A stretch of 64,000 nt of DNA from the IMG/VR virus record IMGVR_UViG_3300006802_013268, one strand, 5' to 3'. How positions within the stretch are numbered: the stretch's first letter is position 1; the number at the start of each line of letters is the position of its first letter. Source of the DNA: an uncultured virus (IMG/VR IMGVR_UViG_3300006802_013268) (lineage: Duplodnaviria > Heunggongvirae > Uroviricota > Caudoviricetes). Positions 1 to 8,900 of the stretch are shown here, piece after piece. The notes under the pieces were generated by a model. The model was given only the letters and a program-made list of their open reading frames with translations, searched no databases and was not told the origin of the DNA. The translations under genes and the position numbers were made by a program.

Positions 1-3000
1 ACCTGCAATAACTGACCCACCAACTGCCGATAATCGAGTTATAATCGACTTGCCCTGTGCATAAGAACACGAAAACAATGCTCGCCAGGTTCCTGTGTGA
101 CCTGCTCCAATGGTGACCCTATAACTAGTCTCACCAGCATTTTTAACAACAGAGATCGTTCCAGTATGAGCTCCTTGCGTAGATGTAGTTGCTGGAGACA
201 AAGCAGGTAAAGTTACGTTTATAATATCTCTTTGTTCAGCGCCATCAATAGTAGTTGTAGTATCGGACCCAAGCACCGCCCACGGAGAACTTGTCGCATT
301 AAAAGTTTCAACCCCAATGTAAGAATCTACCCTGCTGTAGTTCTTGGTAAAATCTCCTGCATAATAAACACCGCTGGTCCTGGCATAATTAACTTGAGTC
401 GCTCTACCAAAGTTTTTAATATAATCCGGAGTATAATTACCAGTAAATTGGTTTAAATCATTTCTAATATAATTAACTTGATTTGCTCTAGCAAAGTTTT
501 TAGTATAATTAGCAGTATATTCACCAGTAAAGTTGTTTAAATCATCTCTAGCATAATTAACTTGATTCGCTCTAGCAAAGTTTTTAGTATAATTAGCAGT
601 ATATTCACCACTATATATGACTATATTGTTTCTAGCATAATTAACTAGAGTCGCTCTAGCAAAGTTTTTAGAATAATTCGCAGTATATTCACCAGTAAAG
701 TTGTTTAAATCATCTCTAGCATAATTAACTTCATTTGCTCTAGCAAAGTTTTTAGAATAATTAGCAGTATAGTTACCAGTATATGTGGTTACACTGGCTC
801 TAATATAGTTGGTCAACGGCGCTCTTTGAAAGTTTTTAGAATAATTAGCAGTATAGTTACCAGTAAAATTGTTTAAATCATCTCTAGCATAATTAACTGT
901 AAAATCTCCTAGAAAATTAAATCCAGAAGTACGAGTATAGTTACCAGTAAATGTCTGCGCAGAAGTTCTAGTAAAAGCCGATTGTTCGCCACCTTGAACA
1001 CCAGTAAATTCTATACCAGCAAAATCGCCAGGATTATTATCGCTCCAATAGAATAGGGCGTAACCAGATCCTACCGTGATTGTATATGGATTCAAATAAT
1101 ATGCATCAATTGTAGAATTGCCCTGGTTGGTGAGCGGTTGATTAAGATAAATGCCTCCATAGAATGAGTCTACGTCTACATTTATTATAGTTCCGTTTGC
1201 TAGATTTCCTAAACTTTCAAAACTACCCGCAGGGATGCTTAAAGAAATATCAATTTCTGTTGGAGTTACATCTCTACTATATTCTACATCTGGCGCCCTA
1301 GCATAGTTTACATTGCTTAGTCTAGCATAATTCTTAAGATATTCAAGAGAATAATCTCCAGTAAAATTTGCTGTTGATTGGCGAGTGTAATCAACATTGC
1401 TTGAACGTATATAATTTTTGAGATAATCAGGAGTATAATTACCAGTAAATTGTTGTAGTGAAGTTCTACTATAATCTATGTTGCTTAAATGACTAAAATC
1501 TTTACTGTAATTAGGAGTATAGTCTCCAGTAAATTGTTCAGTTGAAGTTCTGTTATAATCTATGGCGCTTAAATGACTAAAATCTTTACTATAATTAGGA
1601 GTATAATCGCCAGTAAACTGCTGTGCAGAAGTTCTACTATATTCTACATCACTTAAATGACTAAAATCTTTACTATAATTAGGAGTATAATCGCCAGTAA
1701 ACTGCTGTGCAGAAGTTCTACTATATTCTATATCACTTAAATGACTAAAATCTTTACTGTAATTAGGAGTATAGTCTCCAGTAAATTGTTCAGTTGAAGT
1801 TCTACTATATTCTATATCACTTAAATGACTAAAATCTTTACTGTAATTAGGAGTATAATCGCCAGTAAATGTTTCAGTCTCTTGTCTCGCATAATTGACA
1901 GCACTTGTACGAGCATAATTAACTGTGTAGTCGCCAGTATATTCACCTGCAAAATCTTGAGTAGAAAGATGAGTATAATTTACATCGCTTTGCCTGACAT
2001 AATTTTTTGAATAATTCGCAGTATAATCTCCAGTAAATTGTGCTGTTGATTGACGAGTGTAATCAACATCACTTAAATGCGTAAAATCAAAAACATAATC
2101 TCCAACATAATTACCAGTAAATGCTTCTGTAGATTGGCGAGTATATACAACATCACTTAAATGGGTATAATCAAAAACATAATCTGTAGTGTAATCGCCA
2201 GTAAATGCTTCTGTAGATTGACGAGTATAATCAATGTCACTTTGCCTTAAATATGCAAGAGTATATTCTTTGCTATAATCACCACTAAATGATTCTGCAG
2301 AAGTGCGAGAATATCCAACTGCGCTTTGGCGTGCATAATTTTTTGTATAATCACCACTATAATCGCCCGTAAAATTTTCTGCAGAAACTCGCTGATAATT
2401 TATTGGAGTATCTCTAGCATAATTAACTGTATAATCGCCAGTATAATCACCAGTAAAATTTTCGGCAGAAATGCGATTATAGATTACATCACTTAAATGA
2501 GTATAATCGACTGTGTAGTCGCCAGTATAATTGCCAGTAAATACTTGATTAGAAAGGTGAGAATAATTTATATCGCTTTGTCTGAGATAATTTCTTGTAT
2601 AGTTATTAGTATAATCACCAGTAAAATCTTCTGCTGAAATATGAGTATAATCTACATCGCTTTGTCTGGTGTAGTCAAATGAATACTCTGTAGTGTAGTC
2701 CCCAGTAAATGTTTCTGTACTTACTCTTTGATAATCGATGCTGCTGTCACGCTGGAAGTTTTTAGAATAGTCGCCAGTATAATCGCCAGTAAAATTTTCA
2801 AGGGAAACACGCTGGTAATTTACATCGCTTATATGAGTGTAATCGCCAATATAATCGCCAGTATATTCTTCTGATGAAACATGAGTAAAATCAGCTATAG
2901 ATTGTCTCAAATAATTTTTAACATATTCACCAGCAAATCCTTCAGCAGAAACATGAGTAAAATCTTCTTGTGAAGTTCTAGCATAATCTTGGGAATAATC

Positions 3001-4839
3001 TGCAGTATAATCACCCGTAAATTCGTTCAGATAATCGCCACTAAAATCTTCTAAAGAAACATGGGTGTAATCAGTTTCACTTAAACGAGAATAGTCACCA
3101 AGATAATCACCAGTAAAATCTTCAGCGGAAATTATAGTAAAATCTTGTTGCGAAGTTCTAGCATAGTCAAAAGAATAATCGGTAGTATAATCACCCGTAA
3201 AAGTTTTATTGTAATCTCCAGTAAATGCTTCAGTTGAAATATGACTATAATCTTTAGAATAATCTCCAGTGTATTCTTTAATATATGCTGCTTCTTCCCC
3301 ACCATATTCGCCTTCGTTTCTAGTGTCTATAGCAACACCTCTAGGAACCCAAACACCATCTTCGGTTGGCGGACCTTGAATTGAAGAACGTAACTGATAG
3401 GTTCCAATTCCTGAACTCTTGATCACTTCTTTTGCCCTTTGACCAAGGGTTACTGACATTATACTATCATTAGCAGCCTTTAATCCAGCAAAAACATTGT
3501 TATTATCGCGCTCAACAATCATCGGATTTATTTTTGTTGGCGCTGTCCCTACAGTTCTTATGTAAATTGAATAATTTTGACTGTATCCGTCAGATCTGGT
3601 ATCAGTAAATATGTTGGATAAAAATGGAGTCCAATCAGAACCTGGCGAAGTTGCTGCTAGTCTAAAAACGCCAGGATATTCATTTTTCATAACTGCTTTA
3701 AGGAGGCGAAGAATAAGAACATCAAGTTCTGTATCATTCATTTCCTTGACGCCAGGATTTTGTATTGAACCATCCCATTTAACAAATCCGCGCCAATTAG
3801 GTTCAGATCTTTGAGAAGCAACACCTGACAAATTTTGATACAAACGAGTTGGGTTAGCGTTTAGAGTAGCACCGCTGCTTGTACTAGAAATTCCTGTCCA
3901 ACTAAGCTGGAAAAAATCGTCTCCTTGAGAATCAGCAAAAAATATATAATTCGCCCCTGTTGCAGTTATAGTAACATAAAATTCTGGTCCGATCCAGGTT
4001 TCGGGGGTTATTGTATATCCACTTCCGCCAGATAAAGGCGAATTATAGTAAGTTGGTTGATCGCCATTTACAATTACATGTAATACAGACCCAACTTCAA
4101 CGTTACCCAAATCTACTGATTCATTTAATGTAGCATTACCACTGACTTCAATAACACCAATATTATTGCCGACAGTTGAAGATCCAAAGGAAGCGGTGTC
4201 TAAGAGTTGGGGTGGACTGTTTCCTTGGTCAGCGACTCGTGCCAATCCAGTCAATACCAAAGTTCCTTCCTGTTGTACTTCTAAAGTCCATTTTGCTTGG
4301 TATAACCCAGTGTCTAAACTAAGACTCCAAAAGACAGACCTAGCAGTAACAGAATGATTATGTCCTGCTTCAGAAGTAACAGTAATATCAACAACTCTTA
4401 AACCCGATTGAGATACCCCGTCTAGAGTCCAAGATGGTGTTAAATCAGCAGACTCAATTTCGTCATTCGGAAAATCAACAGTTGCCTCAATTCCCATTGT
4501 AAGTTCAATTATGTCACCAACTTGCAAAGTTGCTGGTATTTGAGCAGGGGTAGTTTCCCAATCAAGAGTCCAAACGCTTGAACCTGTATCTAATTGGGCA
4601 TATGCTGTAGCAGTTAATGCATATGTTCTGGTATTAATTGGTCCTGTGGACGAATAATATGTATCGACATATTCGCCAACCAACGTGTACGAATTATTTG
4701 TGGACAAAGCGCCCACATCATCAGTGGCAAATTGACCAAGTTGAATCCCTGTTCTGTAGGCAAGATATGCTTCGTCTGTGAGAGTTAATTCTCGTAAATT
4801 ACCAGAACCGAATTGTTTTAATGGACGTGAAGACATCAT
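1..4839 (-). CDS. Very large putative virion/fibre protein with long Tyr/Phe-rich tandem repeat region; 3' end runs off the window
   Basis: Not in the ORF track (no stop inside the window). Manual translation from ATG at 4839 gives MMSSRPLKQFGSGNLRELTLTDEAYLAYRTG...; the same frame is open in every segment I translated down to position 1. TATAAATA late promoter just upstream. Confidence 0.85.
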   Translation of the reverse strand, partial: MMSSRPLKQFGSGNLRELTLTDEAYLAYRTGIQLGQFATDDVGALSTNNSYTLVGEYVDTYYSSTGPINTRTYALTATAYAQLDTGSSVWTLDWETTPAQIPATLQVGDIIELTMGIEATVDFPNDEIESADLTPSWTLDGVSQSGLRVVDITVTSEAGHNHSVTARSVFWSLSLDTGLYQAKWTLEVQQEGTLVLTGLARVADQGNSPPQLLDTASFGSSTVGNNIGVIEVSGNATLNESVDLGNVEVGSVLHVIVNGDQPTYYNSPLSGGSGYTITPETWIGPEFYVTITATGANYIFFADSQGDDFFQLSWTGISSTSSGATLNANPTRLYQNLSGVASQRSEPNWRGFVKWDGSIQNPGVKEMNDTELDVLILRLLKAVMKNEYPGVFRLAATSPGSDWTPFLSNIFTDTRSDGYSQNYSIYIRTVGTAPTKINPMIVERDNNNVFAGLKAANDSIMSVTLGQRAKEVIKSSGIGTYQLRSSIQGPPTEDGVWVPRGVAIDTRNEGEYGGEEAAYIKEYTGDYSKDYSHISTEAFTGDYNKTFTGDYTTDYSFDYARTSQQDFTIISAEDFTGDYLGDYSRLSETDYTHVSLEDFSGDYLNEFTGDYTADYSQDYARTSQEDFTHVSAEGFAGEYVKNYLRQSIADFTHVSSEEYTGDYIGDYTHISDVNYQRVSLENFTGDYTGDYSKNFQRDSSIDYQRVSTETFTGDYTTEYSFDYTRQSDVDYTHISAEDFTGDYTNNYTRNYLRQSDINYSHLSNQVFTGNYTGDYTVDYTHLSDVIYNRISAENFTGDYTGDYTVNYARDTPINYQRVSAENFTGDYSGDYTKNYARQSAVGYSRTSAESFSGDYSKEYTLAYLRQSDIDYTRQSTEAFTGDYTTDYVFDYTHLSDVVYTRQSTEAFTGNYVGDYVFDFTHLSDVDYTRQSTAQFTGDYTANYSKNYVRQSDVNYTHLSTQDFAGEYTGDYTVNYARTSAVNYARQETETFTGDYTPNYSKDFSHLSDIEYSRTSTEQFTGDYTPNYSKDFSHLSDIEYSRTSAQQFTGDYTPNYSKDFSHLSDVEYSRTSAQQFTGDYTPNYSKDFSHLSAIDYNRTSTEQFTGDYTPNYSKDFSHLSNIDYSRTSLQQFTGNYTPDYLKNYIRSSNVDYTRQSTANFTGDYSLEYLKNYARLSNVNYARAPDVEYSRDVTPTEIDISLSIPAGSFESLGNLANGTIINVDVDSFYGGIYLNQPLTNQGNSTIDAYYLNPYTITVGSGYALFYWSDNNPGDFAGIEFTGVQGGEQSAFTRTSAQTFTGNYTRTSGFNFLGDFTVNYARDDLNNFTGNYTANYSKNFQRAPLTNYIRASVTTYTGNYTANYSKNFARANEVNYARDDLNNFTGEYTANYSKNFARATLVNYARNNIVIYSGEYTANYTKNFARANQVNYARDDLNNFTGEYTANYTKNFARANQVNYIRNDLNQFTGNYTPDYIKNFGRATQVNYARTSGVYYAGDFTKNYSRVDSYIGVETFNATSSPWAVLGSDTTTTIDGAEQRDIINVTLPALSPATTSTQGAHTGTISVVKNAGETSYRVTIGAGHTGTWRALFSCSYAQGKSIITRLSAVGGSVIAG
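320..3285 (-). repeat. Degenerate coding tandem repeats (Y/F or S every 4th residue, FTGDY-type motifs), including two blocks of 84-bp (28 aa) units
   Basis: Anchors recur exactly 84 nt apart at 385/469/553/637/721/805/889 and 1484/1568/1652/1736/1820. Units such as FTGDYTPNYSKDFSHLSDIEYSRTSTEQ and FTGEYTANYSKNFARANQVNYARDDLNN. Confidence 0.95.
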
Positions 4840-4860
4840 TCAACCTTAAATGTACTTCAC

Positions 4861-4868
4861 TATTTATA
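4861..4868 (-). promoter_or_regulatory. T4-type late promoter TATAAATA
   Basis: Exact gp55 consensus about 20 nt upstream of the repeat-protein start. Confidence 0.8.
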
Positions 4869-4876
4869 TGTTTTTG

Positions 4877-5680
4877 TTAAACAAATTTTTGCTGTAGATG
4901 TGATAACGTTCCCGGAGATTTACTTGAAACTGCTACAATCATATTATATAAAGAAACTGTTGGATCAGGAATGTAGTAATACTTTCCATCTTCATTTATT
5001 CCAACATCATTATGCCAATCTAGAACCATTGGTGCTGTTTCAATTTGTATTTTTGAGTTAGCAGGAAAAAGTCCATTAGGTCCTGCTTCTTCGCGAAACA
5101 GAGTTTTAAAATTTTCGGTTGAAGGCAAATAAGAAAGATCGTCATCAATGTGCCCCATAGAAGCATGTTGTTCTACGGTAGCAGAAGACATAGTTACATC
5201 ATGCATACCTTGGGGAGCATAATTTATTCTTCCAATAACATTTATGCCTATATCTTTAGGAAGATGCCATCTATAGAAATTTCCTAAGAAAAAGTTTAAT
5301 TCCCATCTTAATTTTTGTCCTCTCTGATCAGGAAAAACCGCAAACTCGTTTGGCCATAATAAATAATTTCCAATGTTTTCTGGAGTCATATCAAGGTATT
5401 CAAAGTTATGCAATGCTATTTTGAGGTAAGTATAGTTGCATACACAGAGTTTTGTCCCATCAGAAATCCTAGATGTTATTCCAGTAACAGGAATAGCATC
5501 TGGTCTTAATAGAGAGTTTTTTATCTGAGAAATATAATCCTCAGACATAATTGTGAGACCGTCAGCTGAGGTAGAAGTCGTACCCGGATATAAATCTTTG
5601 TTAGTAAATGTTGCAGCAAGAAGATCAGTGTCATCAGGATTAGTTAATCTATATGAAAAAAGATTACCATTATACATCAT
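4877..5680 (-). CDS. Hypothetical protein, weak GNAT acetyltransferase-like motif
   Basis: 267 aa ORF; FAVFPDQRGQKL resembles GNAT motif A (V-x-P-x-x-R-G-x-G). Confidence 0.45.
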   Translation of the reverse strand: MMYNGNLFSYRLTNPDDTDLLAATFTNKDLYPGTTSTSADGLTIMSEDYISQIKNSLLRPDAIPVTGITSRISDGTKLCVCNYTYLKIALHNFEYLDMTPENIGNYLLWPNEFAVFPDQRGQKLRWELNFFLGNFYRWHLPKDIGINVIGRINYAPQGMHDVTMSSATVEQHASMGHIDDDLSYLPSTENFKTLFREEAGPNGLFPANSKIQIETAPMVLDWHNDVGINEDGKYYYIPDPTVSLYNMIVAVSSKSPGTLSHLQQKFV

Positions 5681-5928
5681 TTATTCTCCAACAGTCTAAG
5701 AATAGTATCAAGTTTAGATTCTAAAGAATCTACCTTATTTTCAAGAGCAGTAAAATTTTCTTTTTCTTTTGCTCTTTGCGCCTTTCTTCTTTTTGCTTGT
5801 TCTATGCGTGCATAATCAGTACTGACTAACATGCCAGTTTCTTTATCACGATAGAGGTTAGGATACCCTTCTACTGGAATTAAGTTGCTAGGAATTTCCA
5901 TTTCAAATCTTTTATCAAAGGCACCCAA
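5677..5928 (-). CDS. Small conserved T4-like phage protein with C-terminal coiled coil (true start probably later, near MEIPSN)
   Basis: VEGYPNLYRDKETG motif and LESKLDTILRLL tail, typical of the small gene following the DUF4815 protein in marine myophages. Confidence 0.6.
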   Translation of the reverse strand: MGAFDKRFEMEIPSNLIPVEGYPNLYRDKETGMLVSTDYARIEQAKRRKAQRAKEKENFTALENKVDSLESKLDTILRLLENK

Positions 5929-8900
5929 ACCGTGTTTGAAGTGTGCATAACAAATTTTAGTTGCGCTTGAGTAAACGCATCTAAAGTTCCGCCCAATCCA
6001 CCAGCTAAAAATTCAGCCTCTTTCCAACCAGAACCATAATATCCTTTCTGCAAAGGTTGTTGCGGTTCAATTAAAAACCATGGTTGGTCAGCAATATTCT
6101 CACCAGCATTCGATGTCCTACCATAAACACTAAAATCTGAATATGCTGGACATATATATTTAACTTTTGCCGAGAATCCTACAGCAGGAATTGCTGTTGA
6201 AACAGGCGTAACTATATGCCTTGATGGTGAAGCGCCACCGTATGGTGAAAGTTCGCTGTTACCTACAAGAGAACGTCCATCTGAATCGTCAATACAGTTT
6301 GTGACTAAAATTAAAGAAGAACGCTGCAAGTCAACAATTGGAGAAACATAATTGTTTGCACTCTTCAAATCAACTTTAAAGTATGCTGATCTGTGACTAG
6401 AAATAGATTGTGTTTCTTGATATCTATTTGCCAGAAGTCTTGGTTCGTCAAAAGAAGTATTTACAAACGGATTAACTCTTGTGAACGTTTGGTCCTCGTC
6501 ATACTTACTGTAAGATTCTGTATTACCAAAAGATTTCCCTTTGATTAATTTAGCACTAAAATCTACAGAAGTTAATGCTGGGACAGCAGTTTCAATGTAA
6601 GGCATTATAACATCATATTGGATATTTCTAGAGGTAATTATAGAAGAACCTCCGCCCAAAGTAGTTGAAGTTGCTGAACTTCCAGCAGTGTAAGTAAATC
6701 CATGAACGTCTGCATTAGTAACAAGCGTGTTGGTTAAATTGAGATTTACTGCATTGATCCCACCAGTAGCAACTGCCCCAGATATAGTAACATAATCACC
6801 AATATTCAAACCATGACAAGGATGTTTAACATAAACTGTAGAAGACCCTTGAGTTACGCTTAATGGATTTTGCCCGAGCAATCTATCAGGAATTTCTGCG
6901 TTTCTTAGAATCAAACTTCCATTATGTCCGCCAGCAACACCAGAATTTCTATTTCCATTAGCATCTTTTGGCGAGAATTTTGCTCTGGTAATTTGATATG
7001 TCAAATCTCTGCCGACTGCTGGTTTGTATGCATATCCCGTTTGCGGGAAGAACATATCACCTAAATGACTCTTAGTCACTTTTCTACCGCCGCCGCCAAC
7101 AATATATTGATTAAATGTAGCAGTAAACACTTCATATTCCGTAGATTGTGACTGAACACATATTGCATATTTTGTATATGGATTCAAAAATACGGGTTCT
7201 TCAAATTCAAATGTAGTTGCTAAACTTGCATCGCTAGAAACATTAACATCTGCTGCATTAACAAAAGAACAAGATCCGGGAACAATTTCTAAGGAGTCTG
7301 GAACATTTCCTTTCATTGGTCGAATTTGCACACTGACCGGAAGTGGTTTTTCGTTAGGATCAGGTCTTGTTTTAAAATATAATTTAATATTTGTTAGTAT
7401 AACGCCGAACGGATTATCTACAAAAAACGATTGTGCAAGAGGTTTTTGCGGATAATATGAAGGTAATACATTTACACCCGAATACAATAATTGATTAACA
7501 TTCACATAGTCGTAAATAATATTTCCCATTTCTCCGCTGTATGATCCTGGCGAAACAGCTGTAGTAGCAGCTCCCCAAAGTCCCTGTTCATGAGGTTCCA
7601 GATATTGCACATATCCTGCTGGAACATTATCAACTTCATCACGAATTTGATGATAATTCCAAACGTTTGGTCCCCTAGAATAATCATATGGATGGACTTT
7701 CCAAAACAACCTTGTCGACAAAATTGTTTGCTGTTTAATCGGCATGGCACCTTGAACAGAATAATATGCTGCTGCTTTACTACCTGCTGCACTCCAGTTA
7801 TTTTCTGCTATATCCAAGACTTTAAATTCTTTAATCCCTGCTCGGAACCTTAATGAACCATCAGCAACAATTTCTCCTGTCGTAACACCATATGGTCCAA
7901 CAACGTATCTTGGTCTTGTACTTGGGATAAAGAAAGAACCAGATAATTCCCCTTTATCGTTTGATGTAAGAGGAAGAGCGCCTTGAGGATGTCCGTCTGT
8001 TACAGTAACATTAGTATACAAATTGCCATCATCATTAGTTGTGGCAGCATATCTCAAAAATGTTTCTGTCCTACAGAAATTAGTAACGTCAACTCCATCA
8101 AAATATGCTTTGTGAAGAGTGTTGGGTTTTAAACCCATAATCTTAAAATAAATTTTTCTAGAGCGAATCCAGGGAAGAAGCGCAGCATCAACAACACGAT
8201 TACCAATAATTCTGCGTAAAGTTGCTGATGCCATTATTCTGTTGACATATGCGCCTCTAATCTTTCTTGGATATAACCCCATATCAGAAAGATACTTTAT
8301 GTTTGAGAACAATCCGCCCCTTCCATAAACACCGTATCCCCTTTCATAAAGATCTAGATCAGGATCAACGAATACGCCATCCTGCAATCTTCCAATCCAG
8401 TTCCATTGCCAGCTATTCCACAACCAAGCCCATTTAACGTCAAGGCGATTTGAATTTCCTAGCAATCTTAACCCATTCCATCCAGCTTTCCATTCGTCGC
8501 TTGATGGAGAAAGTTCCATACAACCAACGTTGTCAACCATACCATATGGATTTACTTTAACTGCTTCTGACGCATCTGTTTGTGTGATCCAAGAGGATTC
8601 TTCATAATCCAAATAAACATTATCGCCCTTTAACACAACATTCTTAGAAGAGTTTGCAGTAGTAAATGCATCAGTCAGGTCATTCTCTACATAAATCAAT
8701 CTTATGTTGTTCTCATCAAAACACGGACGAAAGAGTTGAGAATCTGGGTCAACTGAAGCACAATAATCTGAACTGTTTGTATCAGATAAATTTTGATCTG
8801 ATCCATCATCTACAATAATACCTACTTCTTCTCTGACATTCCCATCAGAATCATGCAACGAATCAATCTTAGCATCAAGCTCTAATAAACTTAAACTTGT

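Noticed and set aside
320..3285. 84-bp repeats as a CRISPR array
   Set aside because: Units are contiguous, a multiple of 3 and in an open frame, with no unique spacers and no cas operon.
320..3285. Repeats as a diversity-generating retroelement TR/VR pair
   Set aside because: No reverse transcriptase in the window, and differences between copies are not confined to adenines.
320..3285. Ice-nucleation protein
   Set aside because: Lacks the AGYGSTxT 8/16/48-residue repeat; periodicity here is 4/28.
232..4357. Short plus-strand ORFs in the track (232, 1825, 3611, 4166)
   Set aside because: Antisense shadows of the long minus-strand gene.
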